Source: Octopus vulgaris
Taxonomy: Eukaryota
NCBI GenBank assembly: GCA_951406725.2
Contig: OX597827.1
Coordinates: 77,066,001 to 77,130,000 of the forward strand
DNA: 64,000 nucleotides
Reading direction: 5' to 3'
In this document: positions 63,540 to 64,000 of the stretch, one piece after another
How positions within the stretch are numbered: the first letter of the stretch is position 1
Layout of the letters: the number at the start of each line of letters is the position of its first letter
Position numbers and translations under genes: made by a program
Notes under the pieces: generated by a model
Database searches by the model: none
What the model was told of the DNA's origin: nothing
Seen by the model: the letters and a program-made list of their open reading frames with translations, nothing else

Positions 63540-64000
63540 TAAGGTAGCAAGCTGGCAGAAACATTAGCACACTGTACAAAATGCTTAGTGGTATTTCATC
63601 TGTCTTTACGTTCTGAGTTCAAATTCCGCCAAGGTCGACTTTGCCTTTCGTCCTTTCGGGGTCAATGAATTAAGTACCAGTTATGTACTGAGGTCGATCT
63701 AATTGACTGGCCACCTCCCACAAAATTCAGACCTTGTGCCTACAGTAGAAACGAATATTTTTTTCTTCAAGGGCAGCAAGCCGGCAGAAACATTAGCACA
63801 CCGAGCGAAATGCTTAGTGGTATTTCGTCTGCCGCTACGTTCTGAGTTCAAATTCCGTCGAGGTCGACGTTGCCTTTCTTCCTTTCAGGGTCGATTAAAT
63901 AAGTACCAGTTATGCACTGGGGTCGATATAATCGACTTAATCCATTTGTCTGTCCTTGTTTGTCCTCTGTGTTTAGCCCCTTGTGGGTAGTAAAGAAATG
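63540..64000 (+). mobile_element. Two adjacent SINE B copies (63540-63755, 63769-64000)
   Basis: Family match. Confidence 0.85.

Overview
Eukaryotic, AT-rich, repeat-dense genomic DNA. The SINE, LINE and microsatellite content suggests an octopus or other coleoid cephalopod; this is my inference, not a database result. There is one clear protein-coding gene: a C2H2 zinc-finger ORF at 44002-45225 (+), probably transcribed from a CpG-rich promoter near 19.9-20.1 kb across a ~22 kb intron. A candidate small spliced gene runs divergently (-) from the same promoter region. The rest is mostly mobile DNA: three tRNA-derived SINE families; RTE, CR1 and Tx1/L1 LINE fragments; piggyBac-, hAT- and Helentron-type non-autonomous elements; and long microsatellites that generate almost all ORFs in the track. 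Most notable observations: (1) a near-full-length U2 snRNA fused to an RTE LINE 3' tail (7319-7567, -); (2) several short repeats carrying type I hammerhead-ribozyme motifs, one family joined to a tRNA-like Pol III head; (3) several long near-perfect foldback hairpins; (4) a putative LINE 3' end encoding three C2H2 fingers. All calls were made by eye; no searches or folding programs were run, and boundaries of degenerate repeats are approximate.
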